DNA from: a virus
Direction: 5' to 3' (one strand)
DNA length: 64,000 nucleotides
Virus record (IMG/VR): IMGVR_UViG_3300010373_000004
Location: 19,777-83,776 of that record
A model generated the notes under the pieces. The model did no database searches, was not told where the DNA came from, and saw only the letters and a list, made by a program, of their open reading frames with translations. Position numbers and translations under genes: made by a program. This document shows positions 28,566 to 35,420 of this stretch, piece after piece; within the stretch, counting starts at the first letter, position 1; each line of letters starts with the position of its first letter.

Positions 28566-28644
28566 GGTTGTAGACGGTGAGGCGGCCAGCCTGACGCCGC
28601 CAGCCAACAAAAAACAAAAATTTAGGAATTTAAGGCACAAACAA

Positions 28645-29193
28645 ATGGCAAAGCTTTCAAAGGCAAATAAGGACACTCTCGAAATTCTTAAGAAGGGTCT
28701 TGCAGGCAAGGAAGGTCTACCTGATGACTTGATGCAGCTTCTTGAAAAGACTATTATCGACATTAAGGAAGATGCATCTTCAAGTCGTGAGCGCAAGCCT
28801 CGATCTATTAGCAATATCTTCTCTCCGACTGCTGCAAAGATTTTCCGTATGCGAATTGTGGACGGCAAGTCTCAGCCCGATGTTGAGAAGGAACTTGATC
28901 TAGAGGCTCAGAAGGTAGCTTCCGGTGTTCGTGAAGTCGGATACAAGTTGGTGGCTCATCTTTTGAAGGATGAAAACATCGGCGAGGCAGTTAGCAAGGC
29001 AGTAGACGAACTGCTTGTTAAGTATGCCACTGGTAAGGAACGAGGTTCTAAGGATGACACCGTAGAAACTCCTTCCGCTGATGGAGCTACAGAAGGTGAG
29101 GGCGATTCCACTGATGCTGATGCAGAGGTTGGTGAGGAACCCGGCACCGAGCCTGATGATGACGAACTAGCGGCACTTTTGGCTGCTGAGTAA
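28645..29193 (+). CDS. Sigma-region-4-like HTH protein with acidic tail
   Basis: FSPTAAKIFRMRIVDGKSQPDVEKELDLEAQKV; long D/E-rich C-terminus; own promoter and hairpin. Confidence 0.65.
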   Translation: MAKLSKANKDTLEILKKGLAGKEGLPDDLMQLLEKTIIDIKEDASSSRERKPRSISNIFSPTAAKIFRMRIVDGKSQPDVEKELDLEAQKVASGVREVGYKLVAHLLKDENIGEAVSKAVDELLVKYATGKERGSKDDTVETPSADGATEGEGDSTDADAEVGEEPGTEPDDDELAALLAAE

Positions 29194-29217
29194 ATCTCAC
29201 AAAACTTTACTATACCT

Positions 29218-29244
29218 TTAGCCAGGAGAAACACTCCTGGCTAA
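29218..29244 (+). terminator. Hairpin after highly expressed gene
   Basis: ttagccaggag-aaaca-ctcctggctaa perfect 11-bp stem. Confidence 0.6.
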
Positions 29245-29558
29245 TTGTATAGTTTGGACCGAACGAAATGAAAATCAAAGGTTTATCTCGGTCTAAAAAG
29301 CTTGAAGCAAAGAAAGCGCGGATTCCAAAACATGGTCGCAGCTTTATCAAGTATTATTTAGAGGAAGAATGGAAGCGTGAGTCTAGACAGATACGACTTG
29401 GATTATTGCCAACCACCAGATGATCTTCCTGAAAAGCCAGAACTAGATGGTTTTGCGCTGGACAGAAAGATTCAAATGTCGCGTGAAGAAAGAGATAGAA
29501 AGGATTGGGAAGACTATCAGCGTTTTGAAAGCTGGCGTGAACATCAAAGGATGCATTC

Positions 29559-29837
29559 ATGAACTGTGATTTTTGCGGCCGAGAAACTGGTGATGATTAT
29601 ACTGTTAAGTATTGCGATCCTTTCATTATTTCCACGCCACTCAGTACATTTATTGATGGTGGAGAGTGGTCGGCGTGTGAAGATTGTGCTCCCTTGGTGG
29701 ATGACGATAATATAGGAGAACTTCTCCAGCGTGCATACCGCCAAAATGGCGTCGCAATGAAGAATGATTCACATTCTATGCATTTGAAAGCACATTATCA
29801 GTTCTTGTTTACTGCTTTTCTTATGCACAAGAGGTAA
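29559..29837 (+). CDS. Cys-rich hypothetical protein
   Basis: CDFC...W.ACEDC. Confidence 0.6.
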   Translation: MNCDFCGRETGDDYTVKYCDPFIISTPLSTFIDGGEWSACEDCAPLVDDDNIGELLQRAYRQNGVAMKNDSHSMHLKAHYQFLFTAFLMHKR

Positions 29838-29839
29838 TT

Positions 29840-30112
29840 ATGAGTACAGATGTTGCAGAAAGAAACTTCAAGCCTGGATTATGGTACGGACCAAAAGAGT
29901 TATGCTCTCCAGCAACGAAGTGTGATTGGTGTGGATGCGATGATTCTCCGTGTACGCGATTTACTGTGCAGGGTTTGCGTAACCAAACTGAAAACGTATG
30001 TGCAGAATGTGAAAAGCTAGCGCGTCGAATCAGTATTGGATCATTTCGTATCAATCCTAAGCATAAAGCTTTGATTGCTAAAGCAAGATTGCAGCGTAAA
30101 AATAGGACTTGA
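29840..30112 (+). CDS. Cys-rich hypothetical protein
   Basis: GAGG RBS; CDWC...CAEC. Confidence 0.6.
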   Translation: MSTDVAERNFKPGLWYGPKELCSPATKCDWCGCDDSPCTRFTVQGLRNQTENVCAECEKLARRISIGSFRINPKHKALIAKARLQRKNRT

Positions 30113-30137
30113 CACGCTCCTGCTGATGTGGTAGTAT
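30109..30137 (+). promoter_or_regulatory. Sigma70-type promoter of the tRNA cluster
   Basis: TTGACA-17-TAGTAT with TG. Confidence 0.75.
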
Positions 30138-30271
30138 AGATGAGTCGCTTCGGTGACTCTCCTTTCTCCCTCAATTCAAGACATGCTTTGCTGATTTTAG
30201 ACACTTGAATCCAAATAAAACGGTTTAATAAATTAGCTCCAAAGGACCGAATTAGATACTCGGTCTTACTA

Positions 30272-30348
30272 TTGGGGATTAAGATCAGTCAGGTAGATGG
30301 CTCGGCCTGGAACCGAGAGGTCGCGAGTTCGAATCTCGCATCCCCAAC
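30272..30348 (+). tRNA. tRNA-Pro(UGG)
   Basis: Cloverleaf; ctcgg-CC TGG AA-ccgag; GTTCGAATC. Confidence 0.9.
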
Positions 30349-30516
30349 AACTACTTCTATTTTAGAATAAAGAGAAAGATAATGAAGCGATTTGAATTGA
30401 CTGGATGGAAGGGAGCTATTGCATCTTGGTATGTGATTTTGTCCCTTGTTTTTGGAGTTGCTACAGAAGTTTATGTAGTTGCAACTCATGCTGTTCCAGC
30501 AGCAAATGCAGTTCAT

Positions 30517-30591
30517 AGCCTAGTGGCCAAGCGGTAAGGCAGGAGACTGTTAATCTTCTATGCGTAGGTTCGAATCCTACCTGGGCTGCCA
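30517..30591 (+). tRNA. tRNA-Asn(GUU), CCA encoded
   Basis: agcctag/ctgggct; CT GTT AA. Confidence 0.93.
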
Positions 30592-30593
30592 AT

Positions 30594-30668
30594 CCTCTGT
30601 TAGTCGAACGGTTTAAGATACCGCCCTGTCAAGGCGTGTGATTACGGGTTCAAATCCCGTACAGAGGG
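30594..30668 (+). tRNA. tRNA-Asp(GUC)
   Basis: cctctgt/acagagg; CT GTC AA. Confidence 0.88.
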
Positions 30669-30723
30669 CTGTCGTTAAACTTTAAGATTTGTGGAAGTTC
30701 ATCGTTATAAACAAATCACTGAT

Positions 30724-30794
30724 GGCGCATTCATCTAATGGCAGGATAAGTGACTTTCAATCATTTCGCAGGGGTTCGATCCCCCTATGCGCTA
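30724..30794 (+). tRNA. tRNA-Glu(UUC)
   Basis: ggcgcat/atgcgct; CT TTC AA. Confidence 0.9.
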
Positions 30795-30804
30795 CTCCGA
30801 ACCG

Positions 30805-30885
30805 CCGGTCTAGAACGGTCATAGTGTATGGTATTGCACGTTAGCTGCGCGAGCTAAAAGTAGAGTTCGAATCTCTTGGAACGGA
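30805..30885 (+). pseudogene. Aberrant tRNA-like element
   Basis: D arm, ttagc-TGCGCGA-gctaa arm and agag-TTCGAAT-ctct arm present; acceptor stem irregular. Confidence 0.55.
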
Positions 30886-30890
30886 AACAT

Positions 30891-30961
30891 GCCCTGATAG
30901 TTAAATGGTATAACAGTAGTCTTGTAAACTTCTGTTCTCAGTTCGATTCTGAGTCGGGGCT
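30891..30961 (+). tRNA. tRNA-Thr(UGU)
   Basis: gccctga/tcggggc; CT TGT AA. Confidence 0.9.
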
Positions 30962-31163
30962 CGATGTTAATAGTAACATTTCACAATCAAGGTATGGATA
31001 TAAACCTTCCACCAGATGAACAGTTTTGCGACTATAACGTAGAAGTTATGGTTACTACTAGTCCTACATCTGTAAAAACTATCTATAAAGGTAAAGTTAA
31101 GAAACACTATCGAAAAGATGGCTGGAAGAAATTGCTAGAGTTGGCAACAAAGCAACTCTGAAC

Positions 31164-31236
31164 GCTCCTGTGGTATAAAGGTCAATTATACTTGGTCTAC
31201 ACCCAAGTGATTCTAGTTCGAATCTAGACGGGAGTA
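31164..31236 (+). tRNA. tRNA-Val(UAC)
   Basis: gctcctg/cgggagt; cttgg-TC TAC AC-ccaag. Confidence 0.88.
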
Positions 31237-31301
31237 CAGTGACTCAGCCATCATGCACTTGATAATTTCTATCACAGTGGAACATTATAAGGATAACCAT
31301 A

Positions 31302-31386
31302 GGAAATATGCTGGAGTGGTTTAACAGGCACGCCTGCTAAGCGTGTGACCGTAACTGGTCCCTGAGTTCGAATCTCAGTATTTCCG
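31302..31386 (+). tRNA. tRNA-Ser(GCU)
   Basis: ggaaata/tatttcc; CT GCT AA; long variable arm. Confidence 0.93.
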
Positions 31387-31494
31387 CAGAGTCTTAGGGT
31401 TCGTGGTATAGAGGGCAGACTCTTTCAAAACACAGCATACTTACTGATAGTTTTAAGTTCGCGTGAGTTCTATCATTAAAAACTCTACGAAAAT

Positions 31495-31581
31495 GGAATT
31501 GTGGCCGAGTGGTTTAAGGCAATAGTCTTGAAAACTATCGACCGCGCGAGCGGTCCTAGGGTTCGAATCCCTACAATTCCT
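31495..31581 (+). tRNA. tRNA-Ser(UGA)
   Basis: ggaattg/caattcc; CT TGA AA; long variable arm. Confidence 0.93.
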
Positions 31582-31598
31582 CTTGACAAATAAGTCAT

Positions 31599-31669
31599 GT
31601 GGTGCTAAGATAATGGTAGTCCCGCAGTTTGTGACACTGCGCGTTCCCGTTCGAACCGGGAGCATCACT
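31599..31669 (+). tRNA. tRNA-His(GUG)
   Basis: gtggtgc/gcatcac; gcagt-TT GTG AC-actgc. Confidence 0.8.
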
Positions 31670-31686
31670 CTTTTAAGGTTTATTGA

Positions 31687-31935
31687 ATGTCTAACGCATG
31701 GGATTTAACAACATCTGGTGCCTTAACCAGATTTAATAGTAATGTGAATACAAAAAGCACTTATGGACCGTCAACAGCGAGTATCGGTCCCAACAGTCTC
31801 AGTGCTTCTGGATATGTTGATCCTACTATTGTAACAGCGAGTTTAGTTGAACCTTCTCAATATACTAGTCCGGCGGATAACGTCGCCAAAAAGTCATACC
31901 CCGGTTTCGAAATCGACGGAGTTAATTACATTTAG
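31687..31935 (+). CDS. Hypothetical protein in the tRNA cluster
   Basis: AAGG RBS; 82 aa. Confidence 0.55.
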   Translation: MSNAWDLTTSGALTRFNSNVNTKSTYGPSTASIGPNSLSASGYVDPTIVTASLVEPSQYTSPADNVAKKSYPGFEIDGVNYI

Positions 31936-32138
31936 AAGTTGGTCGTATTGTTGGTCCGACCATCCTCTTGGTAAAGTTCATATAGCTTGGTCGGATGATA
32001 GAAGCATTGCTTGTAAGAATATTTATTTTGTTCCGCAACATTTTAGAGTTGGGGTTCTAGGATATCTTCCTATGGAAAAGCAAAAGAATCTTTGCAAGCA
32101 TTGCGCCAAGGCTCTTGAATTAGAAAGAAGGAATATGT

Positions 32139-32276
32139 ATGCCCCTTCAAACAGGCACTTCACAGAAAGCAATTAGTAGTAATATAGCGACAGAAGTCAA
32201 GGCAGGAAAGCCACAAAAGCAAGCTGTGGCAATTGCAATGAGTAAAGCTGGTAAGAGCACTTCTAAAAAGAAGTAA
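32139..32276 (+). CDS. Small basic phage protein (MPL..G.SQKAIS.NI...[15 protein letters not shown] family)
   Basis: 45 aa ORF below the ORF-track cutoff; AAGGA RBS; recognisable widespread phage peptide pattern. Confidence 0.75.
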   Translation: MPLQTGTSQKAISSNIATEVKAGKPQKQAVAIAMSKAGKSTSKKK

Positions 32277-32286
32277 CTTACCTCAT

Positions 32287-32357
32287 GCGCCTGTGATTAA
32301 ATGGTATAATGGGTGCCTTCCAAGCATCATTTGAGAGTTCGATTCTCTCCAGACGCA
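32287..32357 (+). tRNA. tRNA-Gly(UCC)
   Basis: gcgcctg/cagacgc; CT TCC AA. Confidence 0.9.
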
Positions 32358-32461
32358 CAATGGTTTACTAGTGACAAACAACGCTTTGCAATGATTAGGA
32401 ACTAGTCGTCTAAGTAGCCTGTGAGTCGCGCATAAAGACGTTAATTGTGGAGACTCTTAAA

Positions 32462-32544
32462 GCCGCTGTGGTGGAACAGTAGACACGCTTGCCTTAGAAG
32501 CAAGTATTCTTATGAATGTACGAGTGCGAATCTTGTCAGCGGTA
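32462..32544 (+). tRNA. tRNA-Leu(UAG)
   Basis: gccgctg/cagcggt; CT TAG AA; T-loop TGCGAAT. Confidence 0.88.
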
Positions 32545-32545
32545 C

Positions 32546-32818
32546 ATGAGAACTATTAAAGATTCTGAGAGAGATAGAAGGAACGCTGATCTTAAAAGAA
32601 ATGTAGTTGATGCTTTTAAACTAGCTAAAGGTTGCATTGATTGTGGGTACAAGGAAAATGCAGCAGCACTAGAATTTGATCACTTACCAGGCTTTAGGAA
32701 AAATGCTACAGTAGCTTCTCTAATGTATAGAAGTCTTAAAGTAATTGTTGAAGAAATAAAGAAATGTGAAGTTGTATGCGCTAATTGTCATGCAATAAGA
32801 ACGTATAATAGACGATAA
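32546..32818 (+). CDS. HNH endonuclease
   Basis: CIDCG...LEFDH...EEIKKCEVVCANCH. Confidence 0.85.
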   Translation: MRTIKDSERDRRNADLKRNVVDAFKLAKGCIDCGYKENAAALEFDHLPGFRKNATVASLMYRSLKVIVEEIKKCEVVCANCHAIRTYNRR

Positions 32819-32819
32819 T

Positions 32820-32902
32820 GCTTCCTTGGTGGAACGGTAGACACCCTGGACTTAAAATCCAGTGTTCGAAAGGACGTGTCGGTTCGAATCCGACAGGAAG
32901 TA
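32820..32902 (+). tRNA. tRNA-Leu(UAA)
   Basis: gcttcct/aggaagt; CT TAA AA. Confidence 0.93.
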
Positions 32903-32932
32903 CGGGTTTAATAAACCTAAATTAAAATTATA

Positions 32933-33154
32933 ATGGAGGCCCATGTAGTGGCTAAGTTATGTTCAAGCAACCTAGAAAGTTGCGAATTTGATTCCGAAAC
33001 TGGAGTCTTAGTAATAGATTTTGTTGCAGGTTCTACTTATAAGTATAAGAATGTTCCTGCTAACATTTATCACGGCTTATTAGCTGCTGAGTCTCATGGA
33101 AAATTCTTCCATGAAAATATTAGGGATAAGTTCCCTTATCATAGAGTAGCTTAG
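32933..33154 (+). CDS. KTSC domain protein
   Basis: SSNL...FD...L.I.F..G.TYKY.NVP..IY.GLL.AES.GKFF..NIR. Confidence 0.9.
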   Translation: MEAHVVAKLCSSNLESCEFDSETGVLVIDFVAGSTYKYKNVPANIYHGLLAAESHGKFFHENIRDKFPYHRVA

Positions 33155-33166
33155 TCTACTCTTAGT

Positions 33167-33240
33167 GCTTCAATAGCCAAGTGATCTAAGGCGCTTGTCT
33201 GCAAAACAAGTATTCGTCGGTTTGAATCCGACTTGAAGCT
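33167..33240 (+). tRNA. tRNA-Cys(GCA)
   Basis: gcttcaa/ttgaagc; CT GCA AA. Confidence 0.9.
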
Positions 33241-33314
33241 CATTGGTTTGTTAGTTTTCCAAAAGACACATAGTCTCTTTGTGATTTACACGGTCTAGAA
33301 AAACTAACACAAAT

Positions 33315-33387
33315 GCCTCATTGGTCTAATGGACAGGGCGGCAGCCTTCTAAGCTGTTCGGTACAGGTTCGAATCCTGTATGAGGTA
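33315..33387 (+). tRNA. tRNA-Arg(UCU)
   Basis: gcctcat/atgaggt; CT TCT AA. Confidence 0.92.
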
Positions 33388-33417
33388 TATTAGCTAATCA
33401 AGGACTCAATTAGGTCA

Positions 33418-33807
33418 ATGAACAGCAATGAGCAAAAAGCTTTGCAATTAGGAATGCCTTTTGGTACAGCCTGTAATAGATTAAGAAAAAATATACTTTT
33501 TAAACTTCTAGTAGATTTTAAATTAAATGTATGTTTTCATTGTAATAGAGATATTACTAATGTAGACGAACTGAGTATTGAACACAAACAACCTTGGTTT
33601 AAAACAAATGCTGATTTATTTTGGGATTTAGATAATATAGCATTTAGTCACTACTCATGTAATTCAGGTGCTGCAAATCATGACAATCAGAGAATACTTA
33701 AAACCCATTGTATAAATGGGCATGAATATACAGAAGCAAATACGTCTAGGGTACTAATTCGCGGTAAAGTAACTCGTCGATGTAAAAAGTGTTTAAGTAA
33801 TCGTTAA
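33418..33807 (+). CDS. HNH endonuclease with C-terminal KTHC.NGH zinc finger
   Basis: CFHC...SIEHKQPW...NIAFSHYSCN; KTHCINGHEY...RCKKC. Confidence 0.85.
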   Translation: MNSNEQKALQLGMPFGTACNRLRKNILFKLLVDFKLNVCFHCNRDITNVDELSIEHKQPWFKTNADLFWDLDNIAFSHYSCNSGAANHDNQRILKTHCINGHEYTEANTSRVLIRGKVTRRCKKCLSNR

Positions 33808-33822
33808 ATTATCGTATGACAC

Positions 33823-34050
33823 ATGACAGAAAAGCAATTTAAAGATAATAGTATTGTCTGGTGGAGTTGGGTCTTTCTTTGGTTAATACTGGAAGGATTG
33901 GGATTCTCACGGAAAACTCCGTGGGCGCCACTTACTGAGTATGTTTGGGCCATCGAAGATAGAAATCACTTGGCGCAGTACGGTTTCTTAGTTCTATTTG
34001 CGGCTCTGTTAGTCCACTTTGTCGGTAGGTGGACTGGACACAACGATTAA
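33823..34050 (+). CDS. Small membrane protein
   Basis: Two hydrophobic Trp-rich segments. Confidence 0.6.
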   Translation: MTEKQFKDNSIVWWSWVFLWLILEGLGFSRKTPWAPLTEYVWAIEDRNHLAQYGFLVLFAALLVHFVGRWTGHND

Positions 34051-34052
34051 AT

Positions 34053-34126
34053 GGTCCTGTGGTGTACGGGTGCGTGCATAAGTGTCTTATAAACACCAGG
34101 TTCTAGTTCGACTCTAGGCAGGACTA
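34053..34126 (+). tRNA. tRNA-Ile(UAU)
   Basis: ggtcctg/caggact; CT TAT AA. Confidence 0.85.
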
Positions 34127-34131
34127 CGTAT

Positions 34132-34204
34132 GCTCCGATAGCTCAGATGGTAGAGCGCATGTCTGAAAAACATGAGGTCGTCGGATCGATACCGACTCGG
34201 AGCA
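34132..34204 (+). tRNA. tRNA-Phe(GAA)
   Basis: gctccga/tcggagc; CT GAA AA; T-loop ATCGATA. Confidence 0.9.
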
Positions 34205-34210
34205 CTTATT

Positions 34211-34282
34211 GCTCGCTTACGCTAATGGTTGGCGACAGTTCTGATAAAGCTGTGTGAGGTAGTCCGATTCTACCAGCGAGTA
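34211..34282 (+). tRNA. tRNA-Ile(GAU)
   Basis: gctcgct/agcgagt; CT GAT AA; T-loop TCCGATT. Confidence 0.85.
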
Positions 34283-34299
34283 CAAAGCTAAAATAGCAC

Positions 34300-34328
34300 T
34301 TGACATCGTTCCTCCAGTATGGTATTAT
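34300..34328 (+). promoter_or_regulatory. Sigma70-type promoter inside the tRNA cluster
   Basis: TTGACA-17-TATTAT with TG. Confidence 0.72.
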
Positions 34329-34342
34329 AGATAGGTCGTTGA

Positions 34343-34414
34343 GCGCCTCTGACGTAACGGTAGCGTAGCGGACTTTTAATCCGACAAGTAAGAGTTCGAA
34401 TCTCTTGGGGCGTA
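34343..34414 (+). tRNA. tRNA-Lys(UUU)
   Basis: gcgcctc/ggggcgt; CT TTT AA. Confidence 0.9.
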
Positions 34415-34423
34415 CAAAAAGAA

Positions 34424-34657
34424 ATGCTAAAAACAAAAGAAGCAGTAAAAAGAACAGCTACCTTCAAAGCTTTTGAAATTGAAGGTCTTTGGTATCGTGA
34501 AACCTGTAATTTCTGTGGTAAGGAAATAGATCACTTCTATAAATTAGAGTTTGACGATACATATCCAATAAAGGAAAATCAGGATGGTCCTAATAGACCA
34601 TACATTTATCTTTGTTTGGAACATTACGAACGGTTAACACATGCTCCAGTAGCATAA
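34424..34657 (+). CDS. Cys-rich hypothetical protein
   Basis: CNFCG...LCLEH; 3' end overlaps tRNA-Arg(UCG). Confidence 0.55.
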   Translation: MLKTKEAVKRTATFKAFEIEGLWYRETCNFCGKEIDHFYKLEFDDTYPIKENQDGPNRPYIYLCLEHYERLTHAPVA

Positions 34658-34715
34658 TGGAAAGTGTCTCTGCCTTCGAAGCAGGTGGGTACGGGTTCGA
34701 ATCCTGTCTGGAGTA
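34643..34715 (+). tRNA. tRNA-Arg(UCG)
   Basis: gctccag/ctggagt; CT TCG AA. Confidence 0.9.
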
Positions 34716-34759
34716 CGCAAATGGTTACTCAATAGACTCTCGTTTGATGGAATTAGAAT

Positions 34760-34830
34760 GGGCCATTAAGTTAATGGGAAACTTCCTGCTTTGCACGCAG
34801 GGTTTGAGAGTTCGATTCTCTCATGGTCCA
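34760..34830 (+). tRNA. tRNA-Ala(UGC)
   Basis: gggccat/atggtcc with G3:U70; TT TGC AC. Confidence 0.9.
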
Positions 34831-34831
34831 C

Positions 34832-34904
34832 TGCGGGATAGTGTAATAGCAACATGCCAGCCTCATAAGCTGTGCGACTATGGGTGCAAATCCCATTTCC
34901 GCTA
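34832..34904 (+). tRNA. tRNA-Met(CAU), 1:72 mismatch (initiator-like)
   Basis: tgcggga/ttccgct; CT CAT AA; lacks the GGG:CCC anticodon stem. Confidence 0.85.
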
Positions 34905-35042
34905 CTGAGTTGTCAGAGTCTTTAAAACTGTCTGTCAGTTACCAATCTGACATTAATTAAAATTGGGTGCGCGAATAGAATTAACGAGGCGTCGCTACAC
35001 GCCTACACAGCGAGTAATGTCGGTGAGCTATTCCGGTAAAAT

Positions 35043-35113
35043 TGCCGAGTGTTGTAATGGTAGCAAAAGTGACTTTGAATCATTTAGTCTGGGTTCGAAA
35101 CCTAGCTCGGCAG
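35043..35113 (+). tRNA. tRNA-Gln(UUG)
   Basis: tgccgag/ctcggca; CT TTG AA. Confidence 0.9.
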
Positions 35114-35283
35114 CTACACAGTAGTCGAATAATAGACAGCCTGACAAAGGTAAATGTGCAAGAATGAGAGAATCTTGCCTGTGGTAGGAAGCCAGTAATC
35201 CTTATTCCAAACTGGTTGTACATAAATGAATTGGTGCCTTAACCTTTAGGTAAAAGCTTAATGTCTAGAACGCCAATTCTTAT

Positions 35284-35356
35284 TACCGAATGGTGTAATA
35301 GGTAACACAACTGTCTCTGAAACAGTAGAGTAGTGGTTCGAAGCCACTTTCGGTAG
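35284..35356 (+). tRNA. tRNA-Gln(CUG)
   Basis: taccgaa/ttcggta; CT CTG AA. Confidence 0.9.
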
Positions 35357-35420
35357 CCGCGCCCTCAAACATGCCAAACAGTTCACTAGCTCTGTATAAA
35401 AAGCTAGTTTTATTTTGTCT

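Noticed and set aside
30289-34908. ORF-track entries over tRNAs (30289..30516, 31453..31668, 34206..34436, 34612..34908)
   Set aside because: Explained by tRNA genes
30272-35410. Theta (minimal HDV-like) or pistol ribozymes downstream of tRNAs
   Set aside because: The spacer pseudoknots lack the nested double-pseudoknot core and catalytic C of HDV-like ribozymes and the pistol consensus; not supported by eye
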